NCBI GenBank assembly: GCA_037445065.1
Contig: JBBILD010000010.1
Coordinates: 64,001 to 128,000, forward strand
Direction: 5' to 3'
DNA from: Myxococcales bacterium
Lineage (GTDB): Bacteria > Desulfobacterota > Binatia > HRBIN30
DNA length: 64,000 nucleotides
Shown here: positions 39,555 through 50,364 of the stretch, one piece after another
Layout: the number at the start of each line of letters is the position of its first letter
Position numbering within the stretch: the first letter of the stretch is position 1
The notes under the pieces: generated by a model
What the model saw: the letters and a program-made list of their open reading frames with translations, nothing else
What the model was told of the DNA's origin: nothing
The model's database searches: none
Position numbers and translations under genes: made by a program

Positions 39555-42500
39555 ATGCCGCGAAGGAACGACATCCACAAAATCCTGCTCATCGGCTCGG
39601 GACCCATCGTCATCGGTCAAGCCTGCGAGTTCGACTACTCGGGAACACAGGCGTGCAAGGCCCTGAAGAGCGACGGCTTCGAAGTGGTCTTGGTGAACTC
39701 GAATCCAGCCACGATCATGACTGACCCGGGCTTTGCCGACCGCACCTACATCGAACCCCTGACTGCTGAGATGGTGGAGAAAATCATTGCCGCCGAGCGA
39801 CCGGATGCGTTGCTTCCGACGGTGGGCGGTCAGACCGGCCTCAATGTCTCCATCGAACTCGCCGAGAGCGGCGTGCTCGACCGCTATGGGGTCGAACTCA
39901 TCGGCGCCAAGCTGCCGGCCATCAAAAAGGCGGAAGATCGTGACCGCTTCAAGGAAGCGATGTTGCGCATTGGCCTCGACCTGCCGCGCTCCGGCTACGC
40001 TCGCTCGTACGAAGAAGCGGAACGGATCCGGGACGAAATCGGCCTGCCGCTCATCATTCGCCCGTCGCGCACCCTGGGCGGCACTGGCGGAAGCCTGGTC
40101 GAGACCGCCGAGGAATTCCGCGAGCACGTACGTGCTGGGTTGGCTACCTCGCCGATCTCGGAGGTGCTGATCGAAGAATCCATCGCGGGGTGGAAGGAAT
40201 TTGAGCTCGAGGTCGTGCGCGACAGCAAAGACAACGTGATCATCATTTGCTCGATCGAAAACTTCGATCCCATGGGCGTGCATACCGGAGACAGCATCAC
40301 CGTAGCCCCTGCGCAGACGCTTACCGACAAAGAGTACCAGATCATGCGCGACGCGGCGATTCGCATCATCCGCGAGATCGGCGTGGACACGGGAGGCTCC
40401 AACATCCAGTTCGCCGTGGACCCGCGCAACGGGCGCATGGTGGTGATCGAAATGAACCCGCGGGTCTCGCGCAGCTCTGCGCTAGCCAGCAAAGCCACCG
40501 GGTTTCCGATCGCCAAGATCGCCGCCAAACTGGCCGTGGGCTACACGCTCGACGAGCTGCGCAACGAAATTACGCGCGACACTCCGGCAAGTTTCGAGCC
40601 GACTATTGACTACGTGGTCACTAAGGTGCCGCGCTTTACCTTCGAGAAGTTCCCCGCCGCCAAGGACGAACTGGGACCCCAAATGAAGTCGGTGGGCGAA
40701 GTCATGGCCATCGGCCGCACGTTCAAGGAGTCGCTGCAAAAGGCAATCCGATCTTTGGAGATCGACTCCTTTGGCTTCGACCAGCGCGGGCGCGGCCCTG
40801 CACCCGCTACCCGTGCGGAGCTGGAAGCCAAGCTCCGGCGGCCGAATGCCCGTCGCCTGTGGTATTTGGCAGAGGCGTACCGCGCGGGCATGAGCACGGA
40901 AGAGATCTACGAGCTGTCGAAGATCGATCCTTGGTTTCTCGAAAACGTACGCCAAATCATTGCCGAGGAAGTACGGCTGCGGGCACTGGGCGGAGCCGAA
41001 CGGGTCCCTGCGGAGCAGTTGCGGCGGGCCAAGCAGTGGGGCTTCTCCGATGCGCATCTAGCGCGGCTGTTCCACACTCGCGAGGAAACGATTCGCGAGC
41101 GGCGCGCGCGTTTCGGGATTCGTCCGGTGTACAAGATGGTTGACACCTGCGGCGCCGAGTTTCCGGCTTACACGCCGTACCTGTACTCCACCTACGAGGG
41201 GGAGAGCGAAGCGCCGCCCAGCACGCGGCCCAAGATTGTCATTCTGGGCGGTGGCCCCAACCGCATCGGGCAGGGGATCGAATTCGACTACTGCTGCGTG
41301 CACGCCGCCTTTGCCCTCAAGGAAGACGGGTTCGAAACCATCATGGTCAACTGTAACCCGGAAACGGTGAGCACCGATTACGACACTTCGGACAAGCTCT
41401 ACTTTGAACCACTCACCATTGAGGACGTGCTTGCCATTGTCGAGCGAGAGCAGCCGTTTGGCATCATCGTGCAGTTCGGCGGGCAAACACCACTCAAACT
41501 AGCGGTGCCGCTCGAGCAAGCGGGGGCACCGATCTTGGGCACGCCGCCCGATGCCATTGACCGTGCCGAAGACCGCCAGCGCTTCGCAGCCATGTTGCAG
41601 AAACTCGGCTTGCGCCAACCTCCCAACGGCACCGCACTCAGTGTCGAGGAGGCCCTGCGCATCGCGCACGAGGTGGGCTACCCGGTGCTCGTGCGGCCAT
41701 CGTACGTGCTCGGCGGCCGTGCCATGGAAATCGTCTACGACGACGAGAGTTTGCAACGCTACATGGAGCGCGCGCTCGACGCCGCCCCAGGCCGAACCAT
41801 TTTGGTGGACAAGTTTCTCGACGATGCCATCGAACTCGATGTGGACGCTGTGGCGGATGGCCGGCAGGTGGTGATCGGCGGAATCATGGAGCACATCGAG
41901 CGGGCGGGCGTGCACTCGGGGGACAGCGCATGCGTGCTGCCGACGATCTCCATCCCACCGCATGTGCTGGAGGAAATCCGCCGGCAGACGGTGGCGCTAG
42001 CACTCGAGCTCGGCGTGGTGGGACTGATGAACGTGCAGTTCGCGGTCAAAGATGGCGAAGTGTTCATTCTCGAGGTCAACCCACGCGCTTCGCGCACGGT
42101 GCCGTTCGTGAGCAAAGCCACGGGGGTGCCGCTCGCCAAAATCGCTGCTCGGGTCATGGCCGGTAAAACCCTGGAGGAGTTGGGATTCGTGCACGAGGTC
42201 GTGCCACCACACATCTCGGTCAAGGAAGCCGTGTTTCCCTTTTCCAAGTTCCCGGGTGTGGACACATTGCTGGGTCCCGAGATGAAGTCCACCGGCGAAG
42301 TCATGGGGATTGATGCTTCTTTCGGCGCCGCATTTGCGAAAGCCCAGATCGCTGCCGGCAATCCCTTGCCGCTCGAGGGTACCGTCTTCATCAGCGTGCG
42401 TGACGACGACAAGCCGCGCGCGTTGGCGATTGGCCGGCGCCTGCACCGTCTGGGCTTCCGGCTGCTGGCGACACAAGGAACCGCGCGTTACTTCCGCGTG

Positions 42501-42803
42501 CACGGTCTCGAGGCCGAGACCATCAACAAAGTTGCGGAAGGGAGCCCGCATTGCGTGGATGCGATCCGCGCCGGTCAGGTCGCGATGGTAATCAACACCC
42601 CGCAAGGCTTCGGCCCCCAACTCGATTCCTTCTCGATCCGCCGCTCCGCCCTGGAGTGCCGGGTGGCGTACTTTACCACCATTGCCGGTGCCGAAGCGGC
42701 GGTGGAAGCCGTGGAGATTTTACGCCGCCAGGCACTGGGGGTCTGCCCCTTACAGGACCACTACACGCAAGCTGCGGAGATTTCCGCTCGCGCCGCAGGC
42801 TAG
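39555..42803 (+). CDS. carB: Carbamoyl-phosphate synthase large subunit
   Basis: Motifs [49 protein letters not shown] and EVNPRASRT, plus a C-terminal MGS domain. Confidence 0.98.
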   Translation: MPRRNDIHKILLIGSGPIVIGQACEFDYSGTQACKALKSDGFEVVLVNSNPATIMTDPGFADRTYIEPLTAEMVEKIIAAERPDALLPTVGGQTGLNVSIELAESGVLDRYGVELIGAKLPAIKKAEDRDRFKEAMLRIGLDLPRSGYARSYEEAERIRDEIGLPLIIRPSRTLGGTGGSLVETAEEFREHVRAGLATSPISEVLIEESIAGWKEFELEVVRDSKDNVIIICSIENFDPMGVHTGDSITVAPAQTLTDKEYQIMRDAAIRIIREIGVDTGGSNIQFAVDPRNGRMVVIEMNPRVSRSSALASKATGFPIAKIAAKLAVGYTLDELRNEITRDTPASFEPTIDYVVTKVPRFTFEKFPAAKDELGPQMKSVGEVMAIGRTFKESLQKAIRSLEIDSFGFDQRGRGPAPATRAELEAKLRRPNARRLWYLAEAYRAGMSTEEIYELSKIDPWFLENVRQIIAEEVRLRALGGAERVPAEQLRRAKQWGFSDAHLARLFHTREETIRERRARFGIRPVYKMVDTCGAEFPAYTPYLYSTYEGESEAPPSTRPKIVILGGGPNRIGQGIEFDYCCVHAAFALKEDGFETIMVNCNPETVSTDYDTSDKLYFEPLTIEDVLAIVEREQPFGIIVQFGGQTPLKLAVPLEQAGAPILGTPPDAIDRAEDRQRFAAMLQKLGLRQPPNGTALSVEEALRIAHEVGYPVLVRPSYVLGGRAMEIVYDDESLQRYMERALDAAPGRTILVDKFLDDAIELDVDAVADGRQVVIGGIMEHIERAGVHSGDSACVLPTISIPPHVLEEIRRQTVALALELGVVGLMNVQFAVKDGEVFILEVNPRASRTVPFVSKATGVPLAKIAARVMAGKTLEELGFVHEVVPPHISVKEAVFPFSKFPGVDTLLGPEMKSTGEVMGIDASFGAAFAKAQIAAGNPLPLEGTVFISVRDDDKPRALAIGRRLHRLGFRLLATQGTARYFRVHGLEAETINKVAEGSPHCVDAIRAGQVAMVINTPQGFGPQLDSFSIRRSALECRVAYFTTIAGAEAAVEAVEILRRQALGVCPLQDHYTQAAEISARAAG

Positions 42804-42917
42804 AAGCCGCGCCAGCCCGCTCCGCGCAATCTTTCGAGGCAGGCCTTCCCCGTCACACGGCGGCTCTCTGGCTCGCTCCGCCCGCTCCCGGCACCCCACC
42901 GTTGCGGCACAGGGTAA

Positions 42918-43799
42918 TCAACGGCGCGGCGCACGCGGTGGCAGCGGTGCACGCGGTGGGCGCGGCCGTGCCGGGCGATGCACGCACACTCCTGGAGCCG
43001 TGCCAAAGCCCTCGCCCGAGTGCGAGGAGCAAACGCAATCGGGGCAAAAGCGGGCACCCGAGAACTGCCCGAGGCAGACCTCGCGCGCGATGTGGTTGCC
43101 ACAAAACTCAGGAGGACGCACCCCGCTCGTCACAGGGACCTCACAGCAACCGGCGGCCGGAGTTGCCGTTGGCGTAGCCGTCGGCCGCGGTGGACTCTGC
43201 CTCGGCCGCATGGTAGGCGTTCGCGTCGGTGGCACCGTTCGTGTCGGCGTTGGGCTTACGCACCCCCCAGGCTGCAGGGAGAAACCAGATTCCTCATGCG
43301 AGGTGCAACCGCAGTTCTCGCAAAAGGAAGCACGAAAACCAAACACAGCTAGGCACTGGTCGCGCGGTACTTGGTTGCCGCAAATCGGAAACGGGATCGC
43401 TCGGCTGGCGGCGACCTCGCAGCAACCGGCGACCACCGGCGTCGGTGTTTGGCTCGGGATGCTGCTTGGAGTGGGAGTCGCGGTTGCCGTGCTCGTCGGC
43501 ACGGCTGGGGCGCCCACTGCAAGCACGCAACGCTGCCTGCGTGTATCGCACCGCTGACCGCGGAAGAACGTCGCCACGGGGCGCAGGGAGTCGCACTGGG
43601 AACGCGTTAGTTGCGCGCAGCGACGAGCAGGCACGCTACCAGGAACGCTAAACGCGCAGCAACCGAGTTCTCCTGTCGCTTGCGCTAGAGCTGCAGTGAC
43701 ACAGCCAAGTACAGCCACCAGCACCACAGTGCTGCACAAGAGCAGTCGCCTTGCCACTTCCCTGCCTCGACCCGGAGGCCGGATCCGACCCTGTGTCAT
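42918..43799 (-). CDS. Secreted Cys-rich protein with three GCC-initiated modules and Pro/Thr linkers
   Basis: Signal peptide ending ALA-Q, three GCC...C..C...CV modules, PTPT-type linkers and a basic Pro/Arg tail. Start position uncertain. Confidence 0.7.
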   Translation of the reverse strand: MTQGRIRPPGRGREVARRLLLCSTVVLVAVLGCVTAALAQATGELGCCAFSVPGSVPARRCAQLTRSQCDSLRPVATFFRGQRCDTRRQRCVLAVGAPAVPTSTATATPTPSSIPSQTPTPVVAGCCEVAASRAIPFPICGNQVPRDQCLAVFGFRASFCENCGCTSHEESGFSLQPGGCVSPTPTRTVPPTRTPTMRPRQSPPRPTATPTATPAAGCCEVPVTSGVRPPEFCGNHIAREVCLGQFSGARFCPDCVCSSHSGEGFGTAPGVCVHRPARPRPPRAPLPPRAPRR

Positions 43800-43877
43800 G
43801 CGAGCCCTGGCTACAGCGAGGCCGGGACATGAGTCAAGAAGCAAAGTCGTGCGATCCCTTCGGGTCCGGCTTCGAAG

Positions 43878-45791
43878 TCAGTCCTTATCGCGAAATCTAC
43901 GATCCGTATTCACCTGCGCCGGGGCAGTAAACTCCGCACTCCAACACGCCCCTGTGTCACTCACCACCTGTGCGACAACACGCGTGTTTTGCTGCAGTGG
44001 GAGCGCCGGCACCCTCGCCAAGCTACCTTTCGCCAGGGCAACGATGCGCGCCTTACCACTCGCGCCAGCCACTAAGTCGAGGCGGAGCAGTCCGTCCGGA
44101 GTCAAATCTCGGTCGCGATAAAGCCATTTCGTCCGTGATCGGTTTTGTCTCCAGCATGGACGGTTCCTGCAGATTCCACCGGGCGGAGCCGTGGCGCTCG
44201 CCACCAAGTTGAAGCCTGCGGACTGCTCGTCGTAAACGCACAGGGCAAAGGCGCGACTCGCCGGGTCGCCAAATTCGCTGAAATCTGTGGCTTCTCCCGG
44301 AAACCAACGAAACGCGATGCGGTCCCTCTGAATCCCAACCGCGCTTTTCGACAACACGAGCGTCGGGGTTCCCTTACCAACTGTGACCGACTTGCATCCG
44401 GAACGCGGGGTGGCGGAGCAAAGGACTTTGTCCTCGAATACAAGGGCGCGGCCAACCAACGGTAACCCAGCCGCTTCGCGCCCTGGCGCTCCGCCTACGA
44501 CTGCGCTCCCGGTCACTGCCACTGGGGCACCAAATCGCTCCCCACCGGCCGGATCCGAAGGCGTGATCTTTGCCACCTCGTGTAGGACACCGAACCAACC
44601 ACTGGTGGGGCGTTCGAAGACAGCGATCGCCCCAAAGCAGCAGGTGGAGGGGTCGCCGAACCCTGGGATCCCGAGCAGCACTCGATTTCCCCAAAACGCC
44701 ACGGCGGTCCCCGCCAAGTCGAGGTCGCGCCCATCCCAGACCTTCAAAAAAGCGGTCTCGGTCAGCTCCCCAGACCAACCACCAACCGGCCGTTCGAACA
44801 CAAACGCACCGCCCACCATGCCGCGGGTAGGACGACTGCTGTAGTCGTGCCGTTGCGGTGCGCCCACCAGGACCGTGTTGCCTTCGATCGCGACCGAAGC
44901 ACCGAACCCTTCAAAGGCATGTCGTTCAAAAGGCCGTAGCCGCGCGACCTCGGTGCCATTGCTCCAACCCGAATCAGGTTTCTCGAAAACGTACACCAGT
45001 CCCTCTGAGGCAACATATCTCAACGGTGCTCCAACCACGAGCGTCCCTGCCGAGATTGCCAGTGCTTTTCCGAACTGAGCGTTTTTGTATGGGTCGGATG
45101 CCACCAGCTTCGCCGCCGGGAGCGACGACGTCGTCCAGGCAGAACCGGAACGCACAAAAACATAGACCGCCCCATAGTCTTTGTCCGCTTCTGGCTCGCC
45201 GTGATCTTGCAGAGGGGCAGCCACCACGATCGCCTCACCCGAAATCGCCACAGCGTGTCCGAATAAGTCGCCCCGCGGAGGCTCCGGCGAGGTGAGGCGC
45301 GCCGTCTCTGTCATGTCCTGCCATCCTCCAGGCGGCTTTTGATAGACGAACACCGCACCATTCGACCTGCTGCTCGGGTCGCTACTAGGCGTCCAGCCGG
45401 GCGCACCAACCACGATCGTATCGCCCTCCATGGCAACCGAGCTGCCAAAGAAGGCGGGCCCACTCCCTGGGTCGGACGGGGAAAGCCTAGCGACCAAATC
45501 CACTGTGCCCCACCCACTCCCGGAGCGCTGGTAGACCAGCACCAGCCCCCGCCCGTTCTGACGTAACGGTGCGCCGACGACCACGGTGTCTCCCTCCGCG
45601 GCCAGGGCTGACCCGAACTGTCCGGTGCTCACAGGTTGCGCCGGGTTCAACACCGCACTTTCCAAGAGGATACTCTCGCCAACTCGCGGCAAGAAACCCA
45701 TCGTCACCGCTACCGACAAAAGGCCGCTCGCAAATGTTCCGCCCCTAGAGCGAACTCGCCTCAATGCTCGCCAAAGAACTCGCGTCAGCAT
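43878..45791 (-). CDS. FG-GAP (integrin-alpha-like beta-propeller) secreted protein, paralogue B
   Basis: GGAGG ribosome-binding site, seven FG...A..G..V.GAP...GAV.VF repeats, and a C-terminal Cys-containing domain. Confidence 0.88.
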   Translation of the reverse strand: MLTRVLWRALRRVRSRGGTFASGLLSVAVTMGFLPRVGESILLESAVLNPAQPVSTGQFGSALAAEGDTVVVGAPLRQNGRGLVLVYQRSGSGWGTVDLVARLSPSDPGSGPAFFGSSVAMEGDTIVVGAPGWTPSSDPSSRSNGAVFVYQKPPGGWQDMTETARLTSPEPPRGDLFGHAVAISGEAIVVAAPLQDHGEPEADKDYGAVYVFVRSGSAWTTSSLPAAKLVASDPYKNAQFGKALAISAGTLVVGAPLRYVASEGLVYVFEKPDSGWSNGTEVARLRPFERHAFEGFGASVAIEGNTVLVGAPQRHDYSSRPTRGMVGGAFVFERPVGGWSGELTETAFLKVWDGRDLDLAGTAVAFWGNRVLLGIPGFGDPSTCCFGAIAVFERPTSGWFGVLHEVAKITPSDPAGGERFGAPVAVTGSAVVGGAPGREAAGLPLVGRALVFEDKVLCSATPRSGCKSVTVGKGTPTLVLSKSAVGIQRDRIAFRWFPGEATDFSEFGDPASRAFALCVYDEQSAGFNLVASATAPPGGICRNRPCWRQNRSRTKWLYRDRDLTPDGLLRLDLVAGASGKARIVALAKGSLARVPALPLQQNTRVVAQVVSDTGACWSAEFTAPAQVNTDRRFRDKD

Positions 45792-46036
45792 CTCGAATCC
45801 TCCTGCGACTCTCCCCGTCGCTGTCTCGTTGCCCAACTTCGAGTGAAATCGCTGGCACCACTGGCAGCGCCACCAGCCTGTCCCTCTGAGCTTCCTTTTC
45901 GCCAATGGCCTGTTCTGCTGACGACAACCTGGCCGCGGCAAAGAAGTTCCCAGGCACGCCTTACCGCATGACGCCTCTCTTGCCCGCCGCCCAAAAATTC
46001 CCGATCCCAGCGCAAAGCGCGATCGCATGTACCGCT

Positions 46037-47926
46037 TCAGTCATGATCCAAGAACTTGCGTGTGCTGTTAACCTTTGCGGGCGCGACGAACTCTGCACTC
46101 CAGCAGCCTCCCGCATCGTTTACGATTTGCGCGACCACGTGCGCATTCTGCTGCAGCGGCGGAGTGGGAACACCTGCGCGGGCGCCTTTTGCCACAGCAA
46201 CTAACCGCGCTTTGCCGCTCGGGCCCGACACCAAGTCGAGTCGCAGCATGCCATCGGGGCTGAGCTCTCGGTCTCGGTACAACCATTTCGTACCCGAGCG
46301 GTTCCTTCTCCAACAGGGCCTACCGGCGCACAGTCCACCGGGGGGCGCAGTGGCATCCAGGATCAACGAAAAACCGTTCGGAGCTTCATCGTACACACAT
46401 AAGGCATACGTCCGATCCGCACCGGGGTCGCCAAATTCGCTCAGGTCGGTAGCCTCGCCCGGAAACCAACGGAACGTCACGCGGTCATAGCGGATGCCAA
46501 AGCGGCTTTTGGACAACAGCAGCAACGGGGAACCCTTGCCCACGGTCACCGATTTGCACCCGAGGCGCGGTAACGGTGTACAGAGCACCACTTCTTCGAA
46601 GACATAAGCCCGGCCCACATCCTCCACGCCGCTTTGAGCGCGGTACGGTGCCGCGACCGCTGCCAGTGGGCCGCTCGTCGCCAACGCCTCGCCAAACTGG
46701 TCGTTCTCGGTCGCGTCTGACGGGGTCATTTTCATGGACTCGTAGACGAGGCCAGACCATCCACCCTGTGGCCGCTCGAACACGGCAACAGCGCCGCGTG
46801 CTTCACCCGTTGCACCGCTCCCGTAATAGGGCATCCCAGCCAAAATTCGGTTTCCCCAAATCGCAACCGCGCTGCCCACCGCATCTTCGTCGTTGGCATC
46901 GGATACTTGCAAAAACGCGGTCTCTGTCAGCTCCCCGCTCCACCCTGCCTCGGGGCGTTCGAAGACGTACGCGCCACCCTTGAAATACTGTGGTGGCCGG
47001 GTGGAAAAGTCGTGCCGGTTCGGTGCACCCGCAACAATGGTGGTACCGGCGATCGCCAACGCGCGGCCAAATCTCTCGAATGGAACCGGAGTCGCAGGTC
47101 GCAGCTTGGCGACTTCGCTCCCATTGGTCCAACCCGAAGCTGGCCGTTCGAACACATACACGGTGCCGACCGGCTCCCCTCCCACCATGTTCCGCGGAGC
47201 TCCAGCCACAATGGTGGTCGCAGAGATGCCCAAAGTTTCTCCTAACTCGTCGCGTGGCATTCGATCCGAGGCCACGAGCTTGGCGGTCGGAGTCGAGGAA
47301 GAGACCCAGTTTGGCCCGGAGCGAACGAACACGTACACAGCCCCATAGTTGACATTGATGTTTGGGTCTCCAAGGTCGTGGCTCATTGCTCCCACGGCGA
47401 TGGTATCTCCTGAGATCCCCACCGCGCTGCCGAACAAGTCCTGCCGCGCTGGCTCTCCAGAGGTGAGGCGCGCGGTCTCCGTCATCGTTTGCCAGCCACC
47501 CGGTGGCTTCTGGTACACGAAAACGGCGCCCTGCGCGTACACTCCCGCGCCACTGCTCGGTTTCCAATACGGCGCGCCGACCACGACCGTGTCTCCATCC
47601 ATCGCAAGGGACGAACCGAAACCAGCCCAACTCCCTGCGGCAACGTTGGACATGGTCAGCTCCGCCACTTCCGTCATCGTACCCCACCCCGTTGGCGTTC
47701 GCTGGTACACAAACACCCGGTCCTTGTTTGGAGCGCCCACCACAACCACGTCACCGCTCACCGCCACGGCGCGTCCCAACAGCAAAGTCCGCTCTGGAAC
47801 GGACGGCAAAAGTACCCCAACTTCGAGAAACGGCGCCGCACGCGCCACAGACACTGCGAGCCTACAAAGCACTCCAGCAAGTACCAAAAGAGCGACCATG
47901 CCCGGCCTCTGAATTCGCGATTTCAT
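46037..47926 (-). CDS. FG-GAP (integrin-alpha-like beta-propeller) secreted protein, paralogue A
   Basis: GGAGG ribosome-binding site, signal peptide ending ARA-A, seven FG-GAP repeats, and the same C-terminal domain as the neighbouring gene. Confidence 0.88.
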   Translation of the reverse strand: MKSRIQRPGMVALLVLAGVLCRLAVSVARAAPFLEVGVLLPSVPERTLLLGRAVAVSGDVVVVGAPNKDRVFVYQRTPTGWGTMTEVAELTMSNVAAGSWAGFGSSLAMDGDTVVVGAPYWKPSSGAGVYAQGAVFVYQKPPGGWQTMTETARLTSGEPARQDLFGSAVGISGDTIAVGAMSHDLGDPNINVNYGAVYVFVRSGPNWVSSSTPTAKLVASDRMPRDELGETLGISATTIVAGAPRNMVGGEPVGTVYVFERPASGWTNGSEVAKLRPATPVPFERFGRALAIAGTTIVAGAPNRHDFSTRPPQYFKGGAYVFERPEAGWSGELTETAFLQVSDANDEDAVGSAVAIWGNRILAGMPYYGSGATGEARGAVAVFERPQGGWSGLVYESMKMTPSDATENDQFGEALATSGPLAAVAAPYRAQSGVEDVGRAYVFEEVVLCTPLPRLGCKSVTVGKGSPLLLLSKSRFGIRYDRVTFRWFPGEATDLSEFGDPGADRTYALCVYDEAPNGFSLILDATAPPGGLCAGRPCWRRNRSGTKWLYRDRELSPDGMLRLDLVSGPSGKARLVAVAKGARAGVPTPPLQQNAHVVAQIVNDAGGCWSAEFVAPAKVNSTRKFLDHD

Positions 47927-48192
47927 GGCTTCCTCCACGACTTCGCCTCGACGTCCTGCCCTTCATCGAGTGGCAACGGTTCTCTGAAAAAACGTTTTTC
48001 CGAGCCAGGTACGTGCAGTCAAGCGAAAGTTGCACGCCCCTGAGCCCCACCTGCTTCGAACACCGACCATGGCCCGTGGGCACGACTTCGCGACTGGAAA
48101 CGCTTCCCACCCATGTTGCCCGCGTGGCAGAGGTCCCGCCGGCAACCGAGCCCGCTAGCTAGCGGGCGTGCCTGGATCCCTGGGCGCCGCGA

Positions 48193-48801
48193 TCAAGTTG
48201 CGGGTCCGCGGCTGCGCGCGTTGAACGTATTCATGGCCACATCCAGCCCTCGTTCCACGACCACTTCCACCGCGTCCGCCGCTCGCTCGAACGCTTCTTC
48301 CATGATCGTCCGTTCTTGGCGCGAGAACGGGGCCAACACGTACTCCACCATCTGGCCCGGCGGTGGAGCGCCAATGCCAACGCGTACGCGCGGAAACGCA
48401 GCCGATCCCAGAGACTCGATCAAAGAACGGAGCCCGTTGTGCCCGCCTGCCGATCCGCTCTTGCGAACACGGATCATGCCAGTAGGCAGCGCGACATCGT
48501 CCACCACCACTAACAGCCGCTCGACCGGCACGTGGAAGTGCCGGGTCAACGCCAGAGCGGCAATGCCGCTGCGGTTCATGTATGTAAGCGGCTCCGCGAG
48601 CAGCACCGGTACGCCTCCGACTCGTGCGCACGCAAAGCGAGCATGGTGGGCTACCTGCCGCAAGCTCACGCGGTGCCGCGCAGCGAGCCGTTGCACCACT
48701 TCGAAACCCGCGTTGTGCCGGGTGCCCTCGTAGTCCGGCCCAGGGTTGCCAAGGCCGAGCACAATCCAATCAACCCCTCCGTCACCCTTACCTGTCCGCA
48801 C
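48193..48801 (-). CDS. pth: Peptidyl-tRNA hydrolase
   Basis: Motifs GLGNPG.Y..TRHNAGF, PLTYMN.SG, DD..LP.G, GGHNGLRS and RVRVGIG. Confidence 0.95.
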   Translation of the reverse strand: MRTGKGDGGVDWIVLGLGNPGPDYEGTRHNAGFEVVQRLAARHRVSLRQVAHHARFACARVGGVPVLLAEPLTYMNRSGIAALALTRHFHVPVERLLVVVDDVALPTGMIRVRKSGSAGGHNGLRSLIESLGSAAFPRVRVGIGAPPPGQMVEYVLAPFSRQERTIMEEAFERAADAVEVVVERGLDVAMNTFNARSRGPAT

Positions 48802-49680
48802 AACGTTCCCTCTCAGATCGGCCGATCCCGCTCAACATCGAGCATACCGGGGCCTTCTGTCCGATTACGCACAAGGACCAGGCCAGGGGCCACACCGCTC
48901 GCCACGGCGAGAGGCGGATCTGCCACATCCTGCCGATGCGTGACCGAAGGGCTGCAGCAGGCCCGCGGCGTGGCGCCGCTCAGCGGTACACTTCGAGGTG
49001 CACACGTTCCTAGCTGGGAGAGGCGTCGTCCGTGCCTCATCTGCGGTCCTGACCCGTACCTCTCGCCGGCCTGCACCTCGAGAGGCTTCGCGCACCGCCT
49101 TCGCTCCGGCTCGGTCCCCAATCCCTGTCCCGGCGATTTCCCCGAGTGGTTGCTGCCACCTGCACATTCACCCCCGCTTGGCCTCGCTTTCTTTCCGGCG
49201 CCATCTTGCGGCCCCCCACAACGGTGGGAGCCCTGTAGCACGATTCGTTGCGCTGCGGGAACCTTTTGCGCAGACGGCACTCGGGGCCATTCCGCGGTGC
49301 AGGATCCACGCAAGCCGGCGTGCCGGTGCAGCAGAAGTGCGGGCGCCGATTGGCCCAACGCCGAAGGGAGGAGCGGGGCGACCTTTCGCAACGCAAGCGC
49401 CAGTGTTCGTCTCACGCCGAGCTGTATCGGCAGTGACTCCGCAAGCCGGGCTCGCGTCCCCGCCAGGGGTGGCGCCGAGTAGCGCGCTCGATGTTCGGTG
49501 TGGTCCAGGCGGCAGAGAATTTTTCTTTCGCTTTGAATACGCGCGCGGCTTCGGCCGTCCTATGCCGCCGTGGCGCCAGCGGACCCCCCCTTCCGCTAGC
49601 CGCTGAGCCGGCGGGCCCACCCCCAGGCCCGCCGGCTTCCCCTCCCCGGCACAAGGCACGCTTTCTCGCCATTCGGTCTT

Positions 49681-50364
49681 TCAGCCGCGCAGCGGGTCGA
49701 GCAGAGTTCCCGCCGCGGGGGTCAGCCACAGGGTCTCACTTCGAACACGCCACTGGCAGAGCCGCGCCTCCCACGCCGTTCTCTGCTGCTCTGAAGACCA
49801 ATCTTCCCACCACTGGCAAAGCGTGCGGAAGTCAGTCGCTGCCCACAAAACCAGCGCCTCACCCGGCTGAAAGGGAGCCCGATAGCTTCCCAGCAACCAG
49901 ATTCCGGCAGCTTCGCGCTGCGCGACCTGTGTTCCCACCACTTCCTCCAGCACGGTCCGCTCGCTTCCCGCTGGCCCGCGGTAGATCGTCTGTTCCGCAA
50001 CCCAAGCACGTTTGCCTGCTTCCGCCAGCGCCGTGCAGGAAGAGGCCACAGGCAACGGTTCCAGGATGCGGTCAAAGCCGCCGCGGCGGTAATGGGTCAT
50101 TTCCTTCCACCACGGCGCGAGTTGGGGGTCCTTGAACTCGGGCACGAACTGCCGTGCGAGCGTCCGGGCCCAGTGGTCCCAGCCATCCATCTCCCACAGG
50201 TTCACCACCCGTGGCCAGCGGTGGGTGCTGCCGATCACCCGCCATGCCCCGAGCAGGCGCGAGATTCCCTGGGCTTCGGAGTGGCGCGCGCGCTCCAGCA
50301 CGGCTCGCAAGTACGGCTCGCTGCCGTGGCCACGGATCTCGATGGTTTCGTGCAAGTACAACAT
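49681..50364 (-). CDS. NIPSNAP-like double dimeric alpha/beta-barrel protein
   Basis: Motifs LYLHETI, LLGAW.VIGST.RWP.VVNLWE..GW and R.GGFDRIL.P, followed by a second degenerate repeat. Confidence 0.65.
   Translation of the reverse strand: MLYLHETIEIRGHGSEPYLRAVLERARHSEAQGISRLLGAWRVIGSTHRWPRVVNLWEMDGWDHWARTLARQFVPEFKDPQLAPWWKEMTHYRRGGFDRILEPLPVASSCTALAEAGKRAWVAEQTIYRGPAGSERTVLEEVVGTQVAQREAAGIWLLGSYRAPFQPGEALVLWAATDFRTLCQWWEDWSSEQQRTAWEARLCQWRVRSETLWLTPAAGTLLDPLRG

Noticed and set aside
43878..47926. Repeated DNA segments as a CRISPR array or diversity-generating template/variable repeats
   Set aside because: The repeats are degenerate, in frame and explained by FG-GAP blades and gene duplication; there is no fixed repeat-spacer period, cas gene or reverse transcriptase.
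48840..49460. RNase P RNA or SRP RNA (fragments ACAGAAGGCCCCGG, GGTCAGGACCG, CCGGAAAGAAAGC on the minus strand)
   Set aside because: The required GAGGAAAGUCC/AACCCGGCUUA pair and a contiguous CAGG-CCGGAAGGAAGCAG loop are absent.
48813..49659. Several 100-300 aa ORFs in the gap upstream of pth
   Set aside because: They are Arg/Pro/Gly/Ala-rich, have no motifs or convincing ribosome-binding sites, and overlap one another.
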